33,876 nt of DNA from Octopus bimaculoides (taxonomy: Eukaryota): the NCBI RefSeq assembly GCF_001194135.2, contig NC_068998.1, positions 29,166,662 to 29,200,537 on the forward strand, written 5' to 3'. A program made the position numbers and the translations under genes. Within the stretch, counting starts at the first letter, position 1. Each line of letters begins with the position of its first letter. The notes below the pieces were generated by a model. The model saw only the letters and a program-made list of their open reading frames with translations. It was not told the origin of the DNA and did no database searches. Of the stretch, positions 33,165 through 33,876 are shown piece after piece.

Positions 33165-33875
33165 TTATTTTCTTTTGTTAGTGCTCCATTTTCCAGTTTC
33201 TTTTTCTCTGTTTTTCTCAGCGTTTTGGGGAGGGGCTTCAACTGCTTTTTTCTTCGTGCAGGTAGAGCGAACGTGGCCCTTCTGCCTGCATTTAAAACAC
33301 CTACGCCTACGTCCCTCCACCGACACACGAATTGTATGCCCCTCTCCCACAAACACTCTATCGGGCAAATTTTCTAATGTTGTGTGATCTGCTTGTATAA
33401 CCATTTCAAGCATTTGTCCTCTCCAGTTTGTTGGCTCCTTTTTCCTCATGCTCAGGATTTTTAATTTCCCCTCTACATCAAATATTACTGCCGCTGCTAC
33501 CCACATAACTTCGTAGCCCACAGTTATCTCCTCAACTGTCACTTTCGCTGTTCTGTGACCCATGTACGTGGGCAGCAGCATAACCTCCTCGTTCTTTAGT
33601 GTTTGGGTCAAAATTTCTTTCGCTACGCTAGCCGACTTGAAATGTGCTTCTATTGTAGCACTTCTTATTCCTTGTCTAACATAGCGTATCTTGTTCCAAA
33701 TTGATTGCATGCACCGCTCAGTAACTTCATTTTTGACTTCCATATGTTTATCCTTAATGCTGTAGACCTTGTAGACTACAGTTTTTTCCCGAATCGCCTG
33801 AACAGTTTCAGGGGGTGGTACTAATTTTGTTTCATCACCATTTTTCTTAATTAAACTTCTGAACTGGAAGAGCTT
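33165..33875 (-). CDS. LINE ORF1 N-terminal part (nucleic-acid binding, CCHC knuckle), open to the window edge
   Basis: The frame continues upstream of the listed Met (KLFQFRSLIKKNGDETKLVPPPETVQAIREKTVVYKVYSIKDKHM...) and contains RRRCFKCRQKGHVRSTC. The C-terminal low-complexity part (~32535-33165) is broken. Confidence 0.75.
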   Translation of the reverse strand, partial: KLFQFRSLIKKNGDETKLVPPPETVQAIREKTVVYKVYSIKDKHMEVKNEVTERCMQSIWNKIRYVRQGIRSATIEAHFKSASVAKEILTQTLKNEEVMLLPTYMGHRTAKVTVEEITVGYEVMWVAAAVIFDVEGKLKILSMRKKEPTNWRGQMLEMVIQADHTTLENLPDRVFVGEGHTIRVSVEGRRRRCFKCRQKGHVRSTCTKKKAVEAPPQNAEKNREKETGKWSTNKRK

Positions 33876-33876
33876 G

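Larger units (their letters stand above)
28885..33876 (-). mobile_element. Tx1/L1-clade LINE, near full-length, running off the right edge
   Basis: ORF1 with a CCHC knuckle, ORF2 with APE-RT-zinc knuckle, and a T-rich 3' UTR with a possible AATAAA near 28890. The 3' boundary is approximate. Confidence 0.9.

Noticed and set aside
32849-33377. Lys/Glu-rich 167-aa ORF and its Phe/Ser-rich antisense ORF
   Set aside because: Alternate frames of the low-complexity, frameshifted C-terminal part of LINE ORF1.

Overview
Eukaryotic, very AT-rich, repeat-dense genomic DNA from a draft assembly, with N gaps at 2753-2798, 6939-6948, 9745-9754, 11316-12098, 15021-15179 and 27285-27294. The SINE and microsatellite landscape looks like an Octopus/cephalopod genome; this is inference from recalled repeat families and was not searched. 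No intact host gene, CRISPR array or prokaryotic system is supported. The window is mostly decayed mobile elements: a Tc1/mariner fragment, several RTE LINE fragments (one ~2.5 kb copy), a Penelope-like RT fragment, a piggyBac-type MITE, a HERO-like (RLE endonuclease) LINE 3' fragment, two Ty3/Gypsy remnants fused back-to-back (one with PPT and 3' LTR), a long Tx1/L1-clade LINE running off the right edge, and many tRNA-derived SINEs. The most interesting signal is a small non-coding family joining a tRNA-like Pol III head, an (AAT)n spacer and a minimal Penelope-type hammerhead ribozyme. It occurs as an inverted dimer with two hammerheads and a 9-bp target-site duplication (6711-7157) and as a monomer truncated just before the ribozyme core (27805-27965). 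Other oddities are a near-identical 240-bp duplication bracketing a HERO+SINE insert, a probable (TTAGGG)2 insertion inside an integrase, a fold-back SINE palindrome, a perfect 22-bp hairpin, an HDV-like ribozyme candidate and a few candidate host exons.
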